Assembly: GCA_046590225.1 (NCBI GenBank)
Contig: JBKJVI010000086.1
Coordinates: 35,755 to 99,754, forward strand
Length of the DNA: 64,000 nucleotides
Source of the DNA: Gaiella sp.
GTDB taxonomy: Bacteria > Actinomycetota > Thermoleophilia > Gaiellales > Gaiellaceae
Direction: 5' to 3'
Both the position numbers and the translations under genes were made by a program. Under the pieces are notes generated by a model that saw only the letters and a program-made list of their open reading frames with translations, searched no databases and was not told the origin of the DNA. Below, in pieces: positions 27,481-37,086 of this stretch (positions within the stretch are counted from its first letter, which is position 1; each line of letters opens with the position of its first letter).

Positions 27481-28011
27481 CTACCCGGCGAGCTTCCGCA
27501 CATCGTCCGAATCGCTGCGTGGCGGGAGGGACGCCGTCCAGCCCGACGCCGGTGCGGACGTGTCGTCCGTCGCTTCCTTCTCCGTCTCCACGGACGCGAC
27601 AGGATGCCCTTCGTCGACGACCGCGAGGGCCGAGCGCAGAAGCGCCTGCACGCGCCGGACGTCGCCCATCACCTGCTCCTTTTCGGTGATCGCATCGCGA
27701 AGCACCTTCCGGGCTTCGGCATTCGCCTCGGTCACGATCACGTCTGCTTCACGCCGTGCCGCCTCCTTCAGGTCCTGCGACGCACGCTCTGCCGAGACGA
27801 GCGTCGAGCGCAGAAGGCCCTCGAGTTCGACGTGGCGCGTCACCTCGGTTTCGAGCTCGTCGACGCGCTCGATGAGCTGCGACCGTTCGCGCCAGACTGC
27901 CTCGAAGCTGTCGGCAATGTCGTCCATCATCCGATGAACGGCGCTCTTGCGGTAACCGAGCAAGCCTCGCTTGAGCTGAATGTGTCTGATCTCGACGGGT
28001 GTCAATGGCAT
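27481..28011 (-). CDS. divIVA: DivIVA-domain protein
   Basis: LTPVEIRH..RGLLGY N-terminus, coiled coil; after yggT. Confidence 0.85.
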   Translation of the reverse strand: MPLTPVEIRHIQLKRGLLGYRKSAVHRMMDDIADSFEAVWRERSQLIERVDELETEVTRHVELEGLLRSTLVSAERASQDLKEAARREADVIVTEANAEARKVLRDAITEKEQVMGDVRRVQALLRSALAVVDEGHPVASVETEKEATDDTSAPASGWTASLPPRSDSDDVRKLAG

Positions 28012-28026
28012 GACGGTCTCCTCCTT

Positions 28027-28332
28027 CTACTGCAGGCGCTCGATCACGCCGACCAGCACGCGCTGGACGACGACGAGCGTGATAATGGCAACGATTGGCG
28101 AGAGGTCGAGTGGACCAAACGATGGCAGGACGCGCCGAAAGATGCGAATGTACGGTTCACAGACGTCGTCGAGAAAGCGCTGTACCCGGTGGAGCGCGTA
28201 GGGCATCCGGATCCACGACGTCAGGACGTAGGCGAGGATCAACAGGATGTAGACATCGAAGAAGACCGAGACGAACTGCTGCACGGTCGATGCGATGTCA
28301 GCGAGCAGAAGAACAGTGTCGGCGATGCCCAC
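28027..28332 (-). CDS. yggT: YggT family membrane protein
   Basis: LTSWI, EPYIRIFRRVLPSFGPLDLSPIVA. Confidence 0.88.
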   Translation of the reverse strand: MGIADTVLLLADIASTVQQFVSVFFDVYILLILAYVLTSWIRMPYALHRVQRFLDDVCEPYIRIFRRVLPSFGPLDLSPIVAIITLVVVQRVLVGVIERLQ

Positions 28333-28378
28333 GCTCGGGCTTTCGCTTCGACGCACGGAATCCCTGCGTTAGATCTGT

Positions 28379-28408
28379 GTCGGAGTCAGGCTGAAGCCTG
28401 ACACCGAC
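28379..28408. other. strong intergenic hairpin
   Basis: GTCGG-A-GTCAGGC-TGAA-GCCTGAC-A-CCGAC between sepF and yggT. Confidence 0.6.
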
Positions 28409-28421
28409 GCTCCACTCACCC

Positions 28422-28973
28422 TCAAGCCTGATTGAAGAAACCACCTTTGTCGAGCATGCGGGCACGCTCTTCGGCCGACACCTCGACATTCTTCGGCGTC
28501 AGGAGAAAGACCTTGTCGGCGACGCGCTGCATGCTGCCGTTGAGCGCGTAGGTCAGGCCGCTCGCGAAATCGATCAGCCGCTTCGACAGTTCGTTGTCGG
28601 CGCTCTGCAGGTTGAGGATGACCGGAACCGAGTCCTTGAACTTGTCCGCGATCTGCTGCGCGTCGTTGAAGCTTCGCGGCAATACGAGGTGCACGCTCGA
28701 CTTGCCCGTGTCGGCGGACCGCAGCCTCGTGGGCCGAGACGACCGCGACGATGATGCGGCTGCGGCCGGAGCAGCTTCGAGGCTCGAACTCTCGTCGGTC
28801 CAGCCGTCCGGCTCCCGTCGTCTCGGAAGGCGCCGGACGTTCTGCCGCGTCGATCGCGATCGGTACTCCCGGTCGAGCTCCTCCTGCGTCTCGAGACCGT
28901 CCGCGTCCCAGTCCTCGTCCTCGGCGATGCCGAAGTAGACGAGCGTTCGATTCCAGACGTCGGAGAACCCCAT
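28422..28973 (-). CDS. sepF: cell division protein SepF
   Basis: PRSFNDAQQIADKF, KRLIDFASGLTY, VFLLTP. Confidence 0.93.
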   Translation of the reverse strand: MGFSDVWNRTLVYFGIAEDEDWDADGLETQEELDREYRSRSTRQNVRRLPRRREPDGWTDESSSLEAAPAAAASSSRSSRPTRLRSADTGKSSVHLVLPRSFNDAQQIADKFKDSVPVILNLQSADNELSKRLIDFASGLTYALNGSMQRVADKVFLLTPKNVEVSAEERARMLDKGGFFNQA

Positions 28974-29014
28974 GACGGGCACGATCGTATCCCAGACGTC
29001 GGATCGCGGCGTGG

Positions 29015-29608
29015 TCAGCTGCGGAACAACGTGCTGCCGACGCGGATCAGCGTGGCGCCCTCCTCGACACCCACCCTCCAATCCTGCGAAGTACCCATCG
29101 AGAGCTGTGCCAGGCCGTGCTGCCGGGCTAGTTCGGCGAGCCGCCGAAACGTGGGCCGACTTGCCTCGCCGTCCTCGCTGAAAGGCGGCATGGTCATCAG
29201 GCCGCAGATGCCGGGGTGCCGCTCGAGAAAGCCTTCGATCTCGGTCTCCTCGACGCCGCTCTTCGACGTCTCACCGGAGAGATTGACCTCGAGCAGAGCG
29301 GGAATCGTGAGCCTTCGGGCCGTCGAGTCCGTCTCGACGGCGTGCACGAGCTCGCAGATCGAGTCGACGATGCGCGCCTTGTTCGACTGCAGAGCGCCGA
29401 TGAAGTGCCAGCGGAATCGGTCGCCGTGCAGCTCGTGCTTTCGCTGCATATCCTGGACGCGGTTCTCGCCGACGACCACGATGCCCGCAGCGGCCAGAAC
29501 CCCCATGTGCTCGGGCGCGATGTACTTGGTGGCGGCAACGACGGTAACGGCCGGCCCAACCTCGGTGCAGATCGCCTCGTACGCCTCTGCGATCGTGGCA
29601 GCGTTCAT
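29015..29608 (-). CDS. yggS: PLP homeostasis protein YggS
   Basis: AATKY, GENRVQD, WHFIGALQSNK, GLMTMPP, LSMGTSQD, RVGS. Confidence 0.92.
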   Translation of the reverse strand: MNAATIAEAYEAICTEVGPAVTVVAATKYIAPEHMGVLAAAGIVVVGENRVQDMQRKHELHGDRFRWHFIGALQSNKARIVDSICELVHAVETDSTARRLTIPALLEVNLSGETSKSGVEETEIEGFLERHPGICGLMTMPPFSEDGEASRPTFRRLAELARQHGLAQLSMGTSQDWRVGVEEGATLIRVGSTLFRS

Positions 29609-30969
29609 GCGAAGTCCTCGCGTGCGCGTGCGAGGAGCCAATCTCGGTCGTTCAGGGTCGGTTCGGTCACGACTGCATCGAGCAGAAGCGCGAGAGCCTG
29701 TCCGACCTGTGGGCCTTCGGCGAATCCGATCGAGAGCAAGTCATCGCCCGTGACCGCGAGATCTCCGATGCGGTGTGGCTGTGACCGCTCGTGTTCGACG
29801 AGTCGCGCGAGCTCCGCGAGGGCTCCTTGCTCCCCCGCCGGCACGGGCTTCGCATTCAGGTCGGCACGCTTGTGGGCGATCAGGTCGAACGCAAGCTCCT
29901 CTCCGTGCTCGGCGAGGAAGCGTCGAGCACGGAGCTCGTCGATCGGGCCGTCGAGGCTGAACGCATGACCCGCCACGATCCTGGCCACTGCGTGCTGCAC
30001 GTCCGTTGGATATCGGAGCCTTGCGAGCACGTCGCGTGCGATCCGTGCCCCGACGAGCGCATGGCTGTCCTTCCGCGCGTCGGCCTCGACCTTGCCAAGG
30101 TCGTGGAGGAGGGCGGCGAGGCGCACCACGAGGCGAGCGCCCGCATCGGCGGCGTTCTGCACGACGGTGAAGATGTGCTCCTCGAGTGGAAGCAGCTGCC
30201 TCGTCGTGTGCAGCGAGTAGCCGATTGCCGGGAGGAACTCGGAAATCACGTTCGTGAGCACGCCCGTGTCACGGGCGAGCAGCAGCGCCTTCATTGGTGC
30301 GCGGCCGAGGAGGAGCTTGGACAGTTCGCCCATCCCGTCCGCCTTGATTCCGCCGCCGATGCGTTCCGCCGAGACGTGCCCGAGGCCCGTCGCGTTCGCG
30401 CGCATCTGAGCCTGTGTCTCGGGCGCGACGTCGAACTCGAGTTGTGAGACGAAGCGAAGCGCGCGCACGAGCCGCAGCGGGTCCTCGACAAAGCTCGTGG
30501 GCGTGACCGTGCGGATCGTGCGACGCGTGAGGTCGCCCTGGCCGTCGAACGGATCGAGGAGTGCACCATCGGCGAGGCGACGGGCTATGGCGTTGATGGT
30601 GAAGTCTCTCCGCGCCATGTCATCGTCGAGGGAGATCGAGGGGCTGCTGACGATGGTGAAGTCCCGGTGTCCCGGGCCAGTCGAGCGCTCGGCGCGGGGT
30701 GGCGTGAGCTCGATTCCGGCCGGCGCGAGGGCGCGAATGCCACGGTCGCTCGGGTAGAGGCGCACGCCGACGAGCTGTCCGTGGACGTCCATGTCCTCCA
30801 CACGCCCGTGTGGCTCGAGGAGAGCTCGAAGCTCGGCCTGGTCGACCCGCGGCACAACGAAATCCTCGTCGTGGTGCCGGAGCCCGAGCAACTCATCCCG
30901 GACCGCACCGCCGACGACGTACGCGTCGATCTCGAGCGAGCGGATGTAGGAGCGGATCTCGGAAGGCAC
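29605..30969 (-). CDS. cca: class II tRNA nucleotidyltransferase with HD-like domain
   Basis: VGGAVRD..DED, RRDFTINA, EDPLR..RALRF, SAERI, LLHDLGK. Confidence 0.85.
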   Translation of the reverse strand: MPSEIRSYIRSLEIDAYVVGGAVRDELLGLRHHDEDFVVPRVDQAELRALLEPHGRVEDMDVHGQLVGVRLYPSDRGIRALAPAGIELTPPRAERSTGPGHRDFTIVSSPSISLDDDMARRDFTINAIARRLADGALLDPFDGQGDLTRRTIRTVTPTSFVEDPLRLVRALRFVSQLEFDVAPETQAQMRANATGLGHVSAERIGGGIKADGMGELSKLLLGRAPMKALLLARDTGVLTNVISEFLPAIGYSLHTTRQLLPLEEHIFTVVQNAADAGARLVVRLAALLHDLGKVEADARKDSHALVGARIARDVLARLRYPTDVQHAVARIVAGHAFSLDGPIDELRARRFLAEHGEELAFDLIAHKRADLNAKPVPAGEQGALAELARLVEHERSQPHRIGDLAVTGDDLLSIGFAEGPQVGQALALLLDAVVTEPTLNDRDWLLARAREDFA

Positions 30970-31014
30970 AGTGTGATTCTGCACGTGCCGGTGGCTCGGC
31001 GGCGTCGGGCGCAG

Positions 31015-31398
31015 CTAGACGTGTGCGACGGCCTCGATCTCGACGAGTGCGCCAGACGGCAGCCGGGAGACCTCGAACGTCGAGCGAGCAGGCGGACGAT
31101 CGCCCACGTACCGCGCGTATACCTCGTTCATGGCGGCGAAGTCGCCGAGATCCTGGAGGAAGACGCTGGTCTTCACCAGGTTCTCGAGCGAACTCCCAGC
31201 CTCCTCGAGAATCGCTTTGAGGTTCCGCAGTACCTGATCCGTCTGGGTCGTGACATCGCCTTCGATGGTGGACTCGCCGGGCTTCAGACCGAGCTGGCCG
31301 GCGACGAAGACGAGGTCGCCGACGCGGATAGCCTGGTTATAGGGCGCTCCCTGAAACGGTGCGGGAGCGTTCTCGGTGCGGATGACGCTTTTTTCCAT
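31015..31398 (-). CDS. ridA: RidA/YjgF family enamine deaminase
   Basis: PYNQA, AGQLG, FAAMNEVY, PARS, LVEIEA. Confidence 0.9.
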   Translation of the reverse strand: MEKSVIRTENAPAPFQGAPYNQAIRVGDLVFVAGQLGLKPGESTIEGDVTTQTDQVLRNLKAILEEAGSSLENLVKTSVFLQDLGDFAAMNEVYARYVGDRPPARSTFEVSRLPSGALVEIEAVAHV

Positions 31399-31415
31399 GG
31401 TCTGCCTCCAACGGC

Positions 31416-31889
31416 CTAGGAATTGAGCGCTTCGGCAAGTGCGACGCCGAGCGCCTTGAAGATTGCCTCGAGTACATGGTCGGTGTTCTCGCCCTCGATG
31501 AGCCGCACGTGCAGGGTCAGCTGAGCCGTCTCGGCGAGCGTCGCCAGAAACCGAGCGGCGATGTCGGTGCCAAGGCCGCCTGCTCCCGTGAGGTCGGCGT
31601 TCGACGCCATGAGCGCGTGTCCGGACGCTTCGACCGCCACCATCGCGAGCGCCTCGGCTGCCGGCATCACACCGCTGCCGTGGGCGCCGTTGCGCAGGAG
31701 CGGTGCGAGTGCCTGCCCGAGCGCCGCTCCGGCAGCGTCGACCTCCGCGGCGGGCTCCCCCGGGTCGATCTCGAGCGAGAGATCGAACCGCCCCGCAGCG
31801 GCGAGCTCGGTGAGGAGGTGGTCGAGGAGCGGTACGCCTGTTGCGACATTCGTCTCGCCACTGCCGGCAGCGATGCGGGCCCCGCTCAC
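31416..31889 (-). CDS. degenerate imidazoleglycerol-phosphate dehydratase (HisB)-fold protein
   Basis: [44 protein letters not shown]; HHxxE motifs broken. Confidence 0.75.
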   Translation of the reverse strand: MSGARIAAGSGETNVATGVPLLDHLLTELAAAGRFDLSLEIDPGEPAAEVDAAGAALGQALAPLLRNGAHGSGVMPAAEALAMVAVEASGHALMASNADLTGAGGLGTDIAARFLATLAETAQLTLHVRLIEGENTDHVLEAIFKALGVALAEALNS

Positions 31890-33166
31890 AGCTCCTCGCG
31901 CACGATGTCCGCACCCAACGCGCGGAGCCGTTCGTCGATCCGCTCGTAGCCACGATCGATCTGACGGATGTTGCCGATGCTCGACTGACCCTCGGCGCAC
32001 AGGGCGGCGATCACCATCGCCATCCCGGCGCGAATGTCGGGGCTCTCGAGCCGCTGACCGAAGAGCTTTGCCGGACCGGTGACGACAGCACGATGCGGGT
32101 CGCAGAGGATGATCCGCGCCCCCATGGAGACGAGCTTGTCGACAAAGAAGAGCCGACTCTCGAACATCTTCTCGAAGACGAGCACCGTGCCGGTGGACTG
32201 CGTTGCCGCGACGACCGCGATCGACGTGAGGTCTGCGGGGAACGCCGGCCAGATCCCGCTCTCGATCTTGGGAATCTGCCCACCGAGATCGTCGACGACG
32301 GCCAGCTTCTGGCCGGGACGCACACGGAGGGTCGTCAAACCGACCTCGAACTCGATCCCGAGTTTCCGGAACGCAGGGACGATCGCGATCAGATCGTCCG
32401 GCTCGACGTCCTCGATCGTCAGCTCTCCCCCCGTGACTGCCGCAAGGACAGCGAAGCTGGCCACCTCGATGTGCTCTGGTCCGATGCGGTACGAGCCGCC
32501 GCCGAGCCGGTCGGCTCCCTGGATCCGGAGGACGTTCGAGCCGATCCCTTCGATCCGAGCACCGATGCTGACGAGGAAGCGGCAAAGATCCTGGATGTGC
32601 GGCTCACACGCGGCATGTCCGACGATCGTCTCGCCCTCGGCGAGCACGGCGGCCATGATCGCGTTTTCGGTGCCCATCACCGACGCCTCGTCGAGGTACA
32701 TGCGCTTGCCGACGAGCTTGTCTGCTCGCAGGTCGTAGGCGCCATTGATCTCCATCGTCACGCCGAGCTCGGCGAACGCATGGATGTGGGTATCGAGCCG
32801 CCGCCGGCCGATCACGTCGCCGCCCGGGGGCGGCACGACGGCCCGGCCGAACCGCGCAAGCAACGGCCCTGCGAGCAGGAACGACGCTCGGATCTCGCGA
32901 CAGAGGTCGGGGTCGAGTTCGGTCTTCGAGACGCCAGAGCTGTCAACGCGCACCTCGTTCGGCCCCGTCCAAGTCGCATCCGCGCCGAGATCGCCGAGCA
33001 GCTCGACCATGACTTCGACGTCCCGGATCCGAGGCAGGTTTGAAAGCACGACCGCCTCGGAGGCAAGCACGGTCGCGGCGAGGATCGGCAGAGCGCCGTT
33101 CTTGTTGCCGGACGCGCGAATCGTGCCGGACAGTGGGCGACCGCCCTGGATGACAAACGACTGCAT
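31886..33166 (-). CDS. murA: UDP-N-acetylglucosamine 1-carboxyvinyltransferase (Cys-to-Asp type)
   Basis: [38 protein letters not shown]. Confidence 0.95.
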   Translation of the reverse strand: MQSFVIQGGRPLSGTIRASGNKNGALPILAATVLASEAVVLSNLPRIRDVEVMVELLGDLGADATWTGPNEVRVDSSGVSKTELDPDLCREIRASFLLAGPLLARFGRAVVPPPGGDVIGRRRLDTHIHAFAELGVTMEINGAYDLRADKLVGKRMYLDEASVMGTENAIMAAVLAEGETIVGHAACEPHIQDLCRFLVSIGARIEGIGSNVLRIQGADRLGGGSYRIGPEHIEVASFAVLAAVTGGELTIEDVEPDDLIAIVPAFRKLGIEFEVGLTTLRVRPGQKLAVVDDLGGQIPKIESGIWPAFPADLTSIAVVAATQSTGTVLVFEKMFESRLFFVDKLVSMGARIILCDPHRAVVTGPAKLFGQRLESPDIRAGMAMVIAALCAEGQSSIGNIRQIDRGYERIDERLRALGADIVREEL

Positions 33167-33192
33167 GAGGCGGGCGCTATCGTACCCGTGCT

Positions 33193-33762
33193 GTGGAGGT
33201 CACCCGAGACAATGCGTGGGCAACGCTCACGCGGTACACGACGAGCGAGTCGCTGCTCCGGCACGCGCTCGCCGTCGAAGCGTCCACCCGGTGGTACGCC
33301 CGGCACTTCGGCGAGGACGAGGAGCTGTGGGGCTGCACGGCCTTGCTGCACGACTTCGACTACGAGATCCACCCCACGCTCGACAAGCACCCGCAAGACG
33401 GTGCACCGATCCTCCGCGAGGAGGGCTATCCGGAGGTCGTGATCCTGGCCGTGCTTTCGCACGCGGAGCATCTTCAGATCCCACGCGAAACGATGCTGCA
33501 GAAGGCCTTGTTTGCGTGCGACGAGCTGTCCGGCTTCATCCATGCCTGCGGGCTCGTCCGGCCGACCGGGCTCGAGGGACTCGAGCCGAAGTCCGTGAAG
33601 AAGAAGCTCAAGCAGCCGTCATTCGCGGCGGGGGTGCATCGAGACGAGGTCTACGCCGGCGTCGAGCTCCTCGGGCTCGAGCTCGACCAACACATTGCGA
33701 ACATCGTCAGCGCGCTACAGCCCATCGCAGGCGAGCTCGGGCTGCCCGTCTCGTCGTCGTAG
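33193..33762 (+). CDS. HD-domain metal-dependent phosphohydrolase
   Basis: [39 protein letters not shown]. Confidence 0.85.
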   Translation: MEVTRDNAWATLTRYTTSESLLRHALAVEASTRWYARHFGEDEELWGCTALLHDFDYEIHPTLDKHPQDGAPILREEGYPEVVILAVLSHAEHLQIPRETMLQKALFACDELSGFIHACGLVRPTGLEGLEPKSVKKKLKQPSFAAGVHRDEVYAGVELLGLELDQHIANIVSALQPIAGELGLPVSSS

Positions 33763-33768
33763 CCGGAG

Positions 33769-34182
33769 TCAGCCGCGCCAGGGCACGACGACCGATGCGG
33801 GCAGGCCTGCGGGATGCGCCGTGGCTGCAGAGCGTGCCTCCGTCTCTCCCACCCAGATCTCCCCGGCGACCTCGAGATCCGATGCGTCAACGAGCGTGGC
33901 AGCCGCGAATGACACCGTCGGCCGCGCCGGCGCATCCCAGAAGACCACCATCCCACAGGATCGGCACGAGCCGCGACGCGCGTCGTGCTCGGAAACGGCT
34001 GCGCGCTTCCACCTCAGGGCAGCCTCGTCGACAACGGTGAGATCCTCCCGCGCAACGGCCGACGCAGCCCACGGGCCGCCGGTTGTCTCGACGCACGCAG
34101 CACAGTGGCAGACGATGAGATCGCGGACGGGGCCGTTGATCGAGTACCGAACTGCGCCGCAGCGGCAGGCACCGTCCCTCAC
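33769..34182 (-). CDS. GFA/CENP-V family protein
   Basis: GACRCGAVRY, CHCAAC, CRSCG. Confidence 0.82.
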   Translation of the reverse strand: MRDGACRCGAVRYSINGPVRDLIVCHCAACVETTGGPWAASAVAREDLTVVDEAALRWKRAAVSEHDARRGSCRSCGMVVFWDAPARPTVSFAAATLVDASDLEVAGEIWVGETEARSAATAHPAGLPASVVVPWRG

Positions 34183-35270
34183 GGGCGGAGCGCGGCAACG
34201 AGCCGGTCGAGGTCTCCCTCCGACGTCCACCAACCGCAGGAGACGCGGATGAGGCCGGAGCCCGGTATCTCGCGCACGTGGACGTCCGCCTCGCGGAGTT
34301 CGGCGACGATCTCTGCGGGTTCCCCGTCTGCCCGGAAGGCCACGAGTGTGGATCGGTCGACCGGTGTCACGATCTCCACGATCCCGGCAAGCCGATCGCG
34401 ACAGCGGTCAGCGACAACCGCGGCGTGGGCGAAGCCCCATTCCGGGTGCCCCTCGATTGCAGCGAGCAGCGCGACAAGCGTGGCGGTTGCGATCCAGTTC
34501 GCGTCGAAGCGTGCGGCACCCGGGCGTGGCGTGAACGCCCCGTCGAGCTCGTACTGGGCCTGCGCGAAGTAGCTCGGCGAGATAACGCGCAGGCGTTCGG
34601 GGTCAGCGACGACGAGCCCGCCCGTCGAGTCCGGACCGCAAAGCCACTTCTGCCCCGAGATCGTGAGAAAGTCCATTCCGGAGGCGCTGACGGGGATCGC
34701 CCCGACCGACTGCGCGCCGTCGACGAGCACAGGGATCCCGGTCGTCTCCCGGAGCTCGCGGACGGGGAGCACGCGGCCCGTCGTCCAGAGGACCTGCGAG
34801 AGAGCGAGCAGCCTGGTTCGGGACGTCACCGCAGCGACGATGGCCTCGGGGTCAGGATCCGTGACGACGACGCGCGCGCCCGAAGCGTGGAGCGGGCCAA
34901 GGAGGCCGAAGTGCTCCTCCGAGGTCGTGATCACCTCGTCACCGGGCTGAAGGTCGAGGCCTGCAACGACGATGTTGCAGCCATCGGTTGTGCTGCTCGT
35001 CAGCGTCACATGCTCGGCCTCGACGCCGACGATGGACGCAAGGCTCTGTCGCGCGGTCTCCCGCAGGCCGAGGGTTCTCTCGAAGTACCGGCTCCCACTT
35101 CGTCCCTCCGTGAGATCGTGAGCGATCTCCGCTTGCAGCGCGTCCACCGTACTACGGGAGAGCGGGCCGAAGGTGCCGGCGTTGAGGTAGGTGATCCGCT
35201 CGAGCACGGGGAACTGCGCTCGCGCACTCTCGAACCCGGTGGGAGTGGCGATCGCAGGCGCGTCAGGCAT
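34179..35270 (-). CDS. class V PLP-dependent enzyme (C-S lyase / EgtE-like)
   Basis: YLNAGTFGP, STTDG, EEH, VDGAQSVG, SGQKWLCGP. Confidence 0.83.
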   Translation of the reverse strand: MPDAPAIATPTGFESARAQFPVLERITYLNAGTFGPLSRSTVDALQAEIAHDLTEGRSGSRYFERTLGLRETARQSLASIVGVEAEHVTLTSSTTDGCNIVVAGLDLQPGDEVITTSEEHFGLLGPLHASGARVVVTDPDPEAIVAAVTSRTRLLALSQVLWTTGRVLPVRELRETTGIPVLVDGAQSVGAIPVSASGMDFLTISGQKWLCGPDSTGGLVVADPERLRVISPSYFAQAQYELDGAFTPRPGAARFDANWIATATLVALLAAIEGHPEWGFAHAAVVADRCRDRLAGIVEIVTPVDRSTLVAFRADGEPAEIVAELREADVHVREIPGSGLIRVSCGWWTSEGDLDRLVAALRP

Positions 35271-35348
35271 GGCGCCATCTTGCACGACAGCGCGCGATAC
35301 GCGCGCCCGGTGCGCATCGCCCGCCCACTTCTCTACGCTAGGCGGCCG

Positions 35349-36401
35349 ATGCGTGTCGTCATTGCCGATCCCCCCGCATATACCCCGCCCTACGACCATG
35401 CGCTCGCCGGGGCGCTCGCCCGTCGCGGTGCCGACGTGCGGCTCCTGACCTCGCGCTTCCGGTACGGGGCGGTACCAGCTGCCGCCGGCTACACGGTCGA
35501 CGACAGCCTGTACCGCGTCTCCAGCGGGATCGGAGGGACACGCGCGCGACTCGCCGTCAAGGCACTCGAGCACCCGATCGCTCTCGCCAGGCTCGGGCTC
35601 GCGCCGTGCGACGTCGCGCACGTGCAATGGACTGGTGCTCCGGACGTGGACGCCTGGCTCATGCGGACACGAGCCCCACTCGTCTTCACGGCCCACGACC
35701 TGCTCCCTCGAAGAACGGCGAACCACACGCGAACGTGGCGGCGACTCTTTGGCCGCTTCGACCGGATCGTCGTTCACAGCGAACGCGGGCGTCGGACGCT
35801 CGCTGCGTTCGGCGTGCCGGAGGCGAAGCTTCGCGTCATTCCCCACCCGGTCTTTCGCAGCACCCCCGTTCGCACAGACGACGGGAGGACGGTTCTCTCA
35901 CTCGGTGTGATTCGCGAGTACAAGGGACTGCCGGATGCCGTCGAGGCCGTTCTGGGCGTCCCCTCGGCACGCCTGCTCGTCGCGGGCGACCCCCGAATCG
36001 ACCTCGCCCCACTCCGCATCGCTGCCGGCGAGCGCGCGGAATGGCAACTCGGGTACCTGGGTCAGCCCGAACTCGAGCTTGCACTCGGCGCAGCCACGAT
36101 CGCCGTCTTTCCCTACCGGGCAGAGCTCGACCAATCGGGGGCTCTCCTCCAGGCGCTCGGTGCGGGCGTGCCCGCCGTCGTCTACGACGTCGGAGGGCTC
36201 GGCGAGATCGTCGGAGCGTTCGGTGCGGGTCGTGTCGTGCCGTCGGGAGACGTGCTGGCGCTCCGTGAAGCCATTCGGACACTGCTGCACGACGCCGATG
36301 AGCTCGCAGAGGCGCGGGCCGGGGCGGCACAGGCACGCGACGCACTGACCTGGGACAACGCGGCAGCCGCCCACCTGGACCTGTACGGCGAGGTTGTATG
36401 A
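35349..36401 (+). CDS. GT4-family glycosyltransferase
   Basis: HVQW, FTAHD, LGVIREYKG, FPY..QSGALLQALGAGVPAVVYDVGGL. Confidence 0.85.
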   Translation: MRVVIADPPAYTPPYDHALAGALARRGADVRLLTSRFRYGAVPAAAGYTVDDSLYRVSSGIGGTRARLAVKALEHPIALARLGLAPCDVAHVQWTGAPDVDAWLMRTRAPLVFTAHDLLPRRTANHTRTWRRLFGRFDRIVVHSERGRRTLAAFGVPEAKLRVIPHPVFRSTPVRTDDGRTVLSLGVIREYKGLPDAVEAVLGVPSARLLVAGDPRIDLAPLRIAAGERAEWQLGYLGQPELELALGAATIAVFPYRAELDQSGALLQALGAGVPAVVYDVGGLGEIVGAFGAGRVVPSGDVLALREAIRTLLHDADELAEARAGAAQARDALTWDNAAAAHLDLYGEVV

Positions 36402-36724
36402 GGTTCGGGCGACAAGGTCGATTTCACGATCTCGCCGAGCGTCAGCTCGACCTCTTCGCGACCGACGACGCCGAGCTCCTGGTCGAAGCCGTGGAGGCCG
36501 AGTCGGCGTGGAACGCTGCACCTGCCGAAGAGGCGGAGGAAGCGTACGGCGACTACCAGCTCGTCGTCGATGCGATCGCAGACCGGCTGCTCGACATCCG
36601 TGAGTCCTACGCACACTCACTCGACGACGAGGCGTCCGCGGAGTACGTGACGGAGTTCACGAAGCAGGCCACACGGCGCTTCCGGCGCTACTCGACCCTG
36701 CTCGCCGATCTGGACGCTGATTAG
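36398..36724 (+). CDS. hypothetical acidic helical protein
   Basis: ATGA-coupled to GT4 gene; typical codon usage. Confidence 0.65.
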   Translation: MRFGRQGRFHDLAERQLDLFATDDAELLVEAVEAESAWNAAPAEEAEEAYGDYQLVVDAIADRLLDIRESYAHSLDDEASAEYVTEFTKQATRRFRRYSTLLADLDAD

Positions 36725-37065
36725 CCGCCCTCGAGGGATAGCTCGCTGGGATCGCGCGGGCGGAGACAGTGCGCGAGCTTGAGGTGCACGGATGCCTCCT
36801 CCTGCCGCCCTTGCTTCACGAGGGCGCGACCGAGGGCGTAGTGCGCATAGTCGTCGACAGGCGAGAGCTCGAGCACCTTCCGAAACTCGAGCTCGGCGGC
36901 GTGCCAGTGCATGATCCGGAAGTACGCGATCCCGAGCGCCTCACGGATCGATGCCTTCTCGGGCTCGAGCCGTCGGGCCTTCTCGAGCGGCACCGTGGCC
37001 TGCGCCGCCTCCCCGTCGCGGAGCCGGGCCTGTCCAAGCCGGAAGAGCTCATATGCCTCACTCAC
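36721..37065 (-). CDS. TPR-repeat protein
   Basis: LEKARRLEPEKASIREALGIAYF, LELSPVDDYAHYALG. Confidence 0.82.
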   Translation of the reverse strand: MSEAYELFRLGQARLRDGEAAQATVPLEKARRLEPEKASIREALGIAYFRIMHWHAAELEFRKVLELSPVDDYAHYALGRALVKQGRQEEASVHLKLAHCLRPRDPSELSLEGG

Positions 37066-37086
37066 GATCCAATGGTGCCAGTTCGC

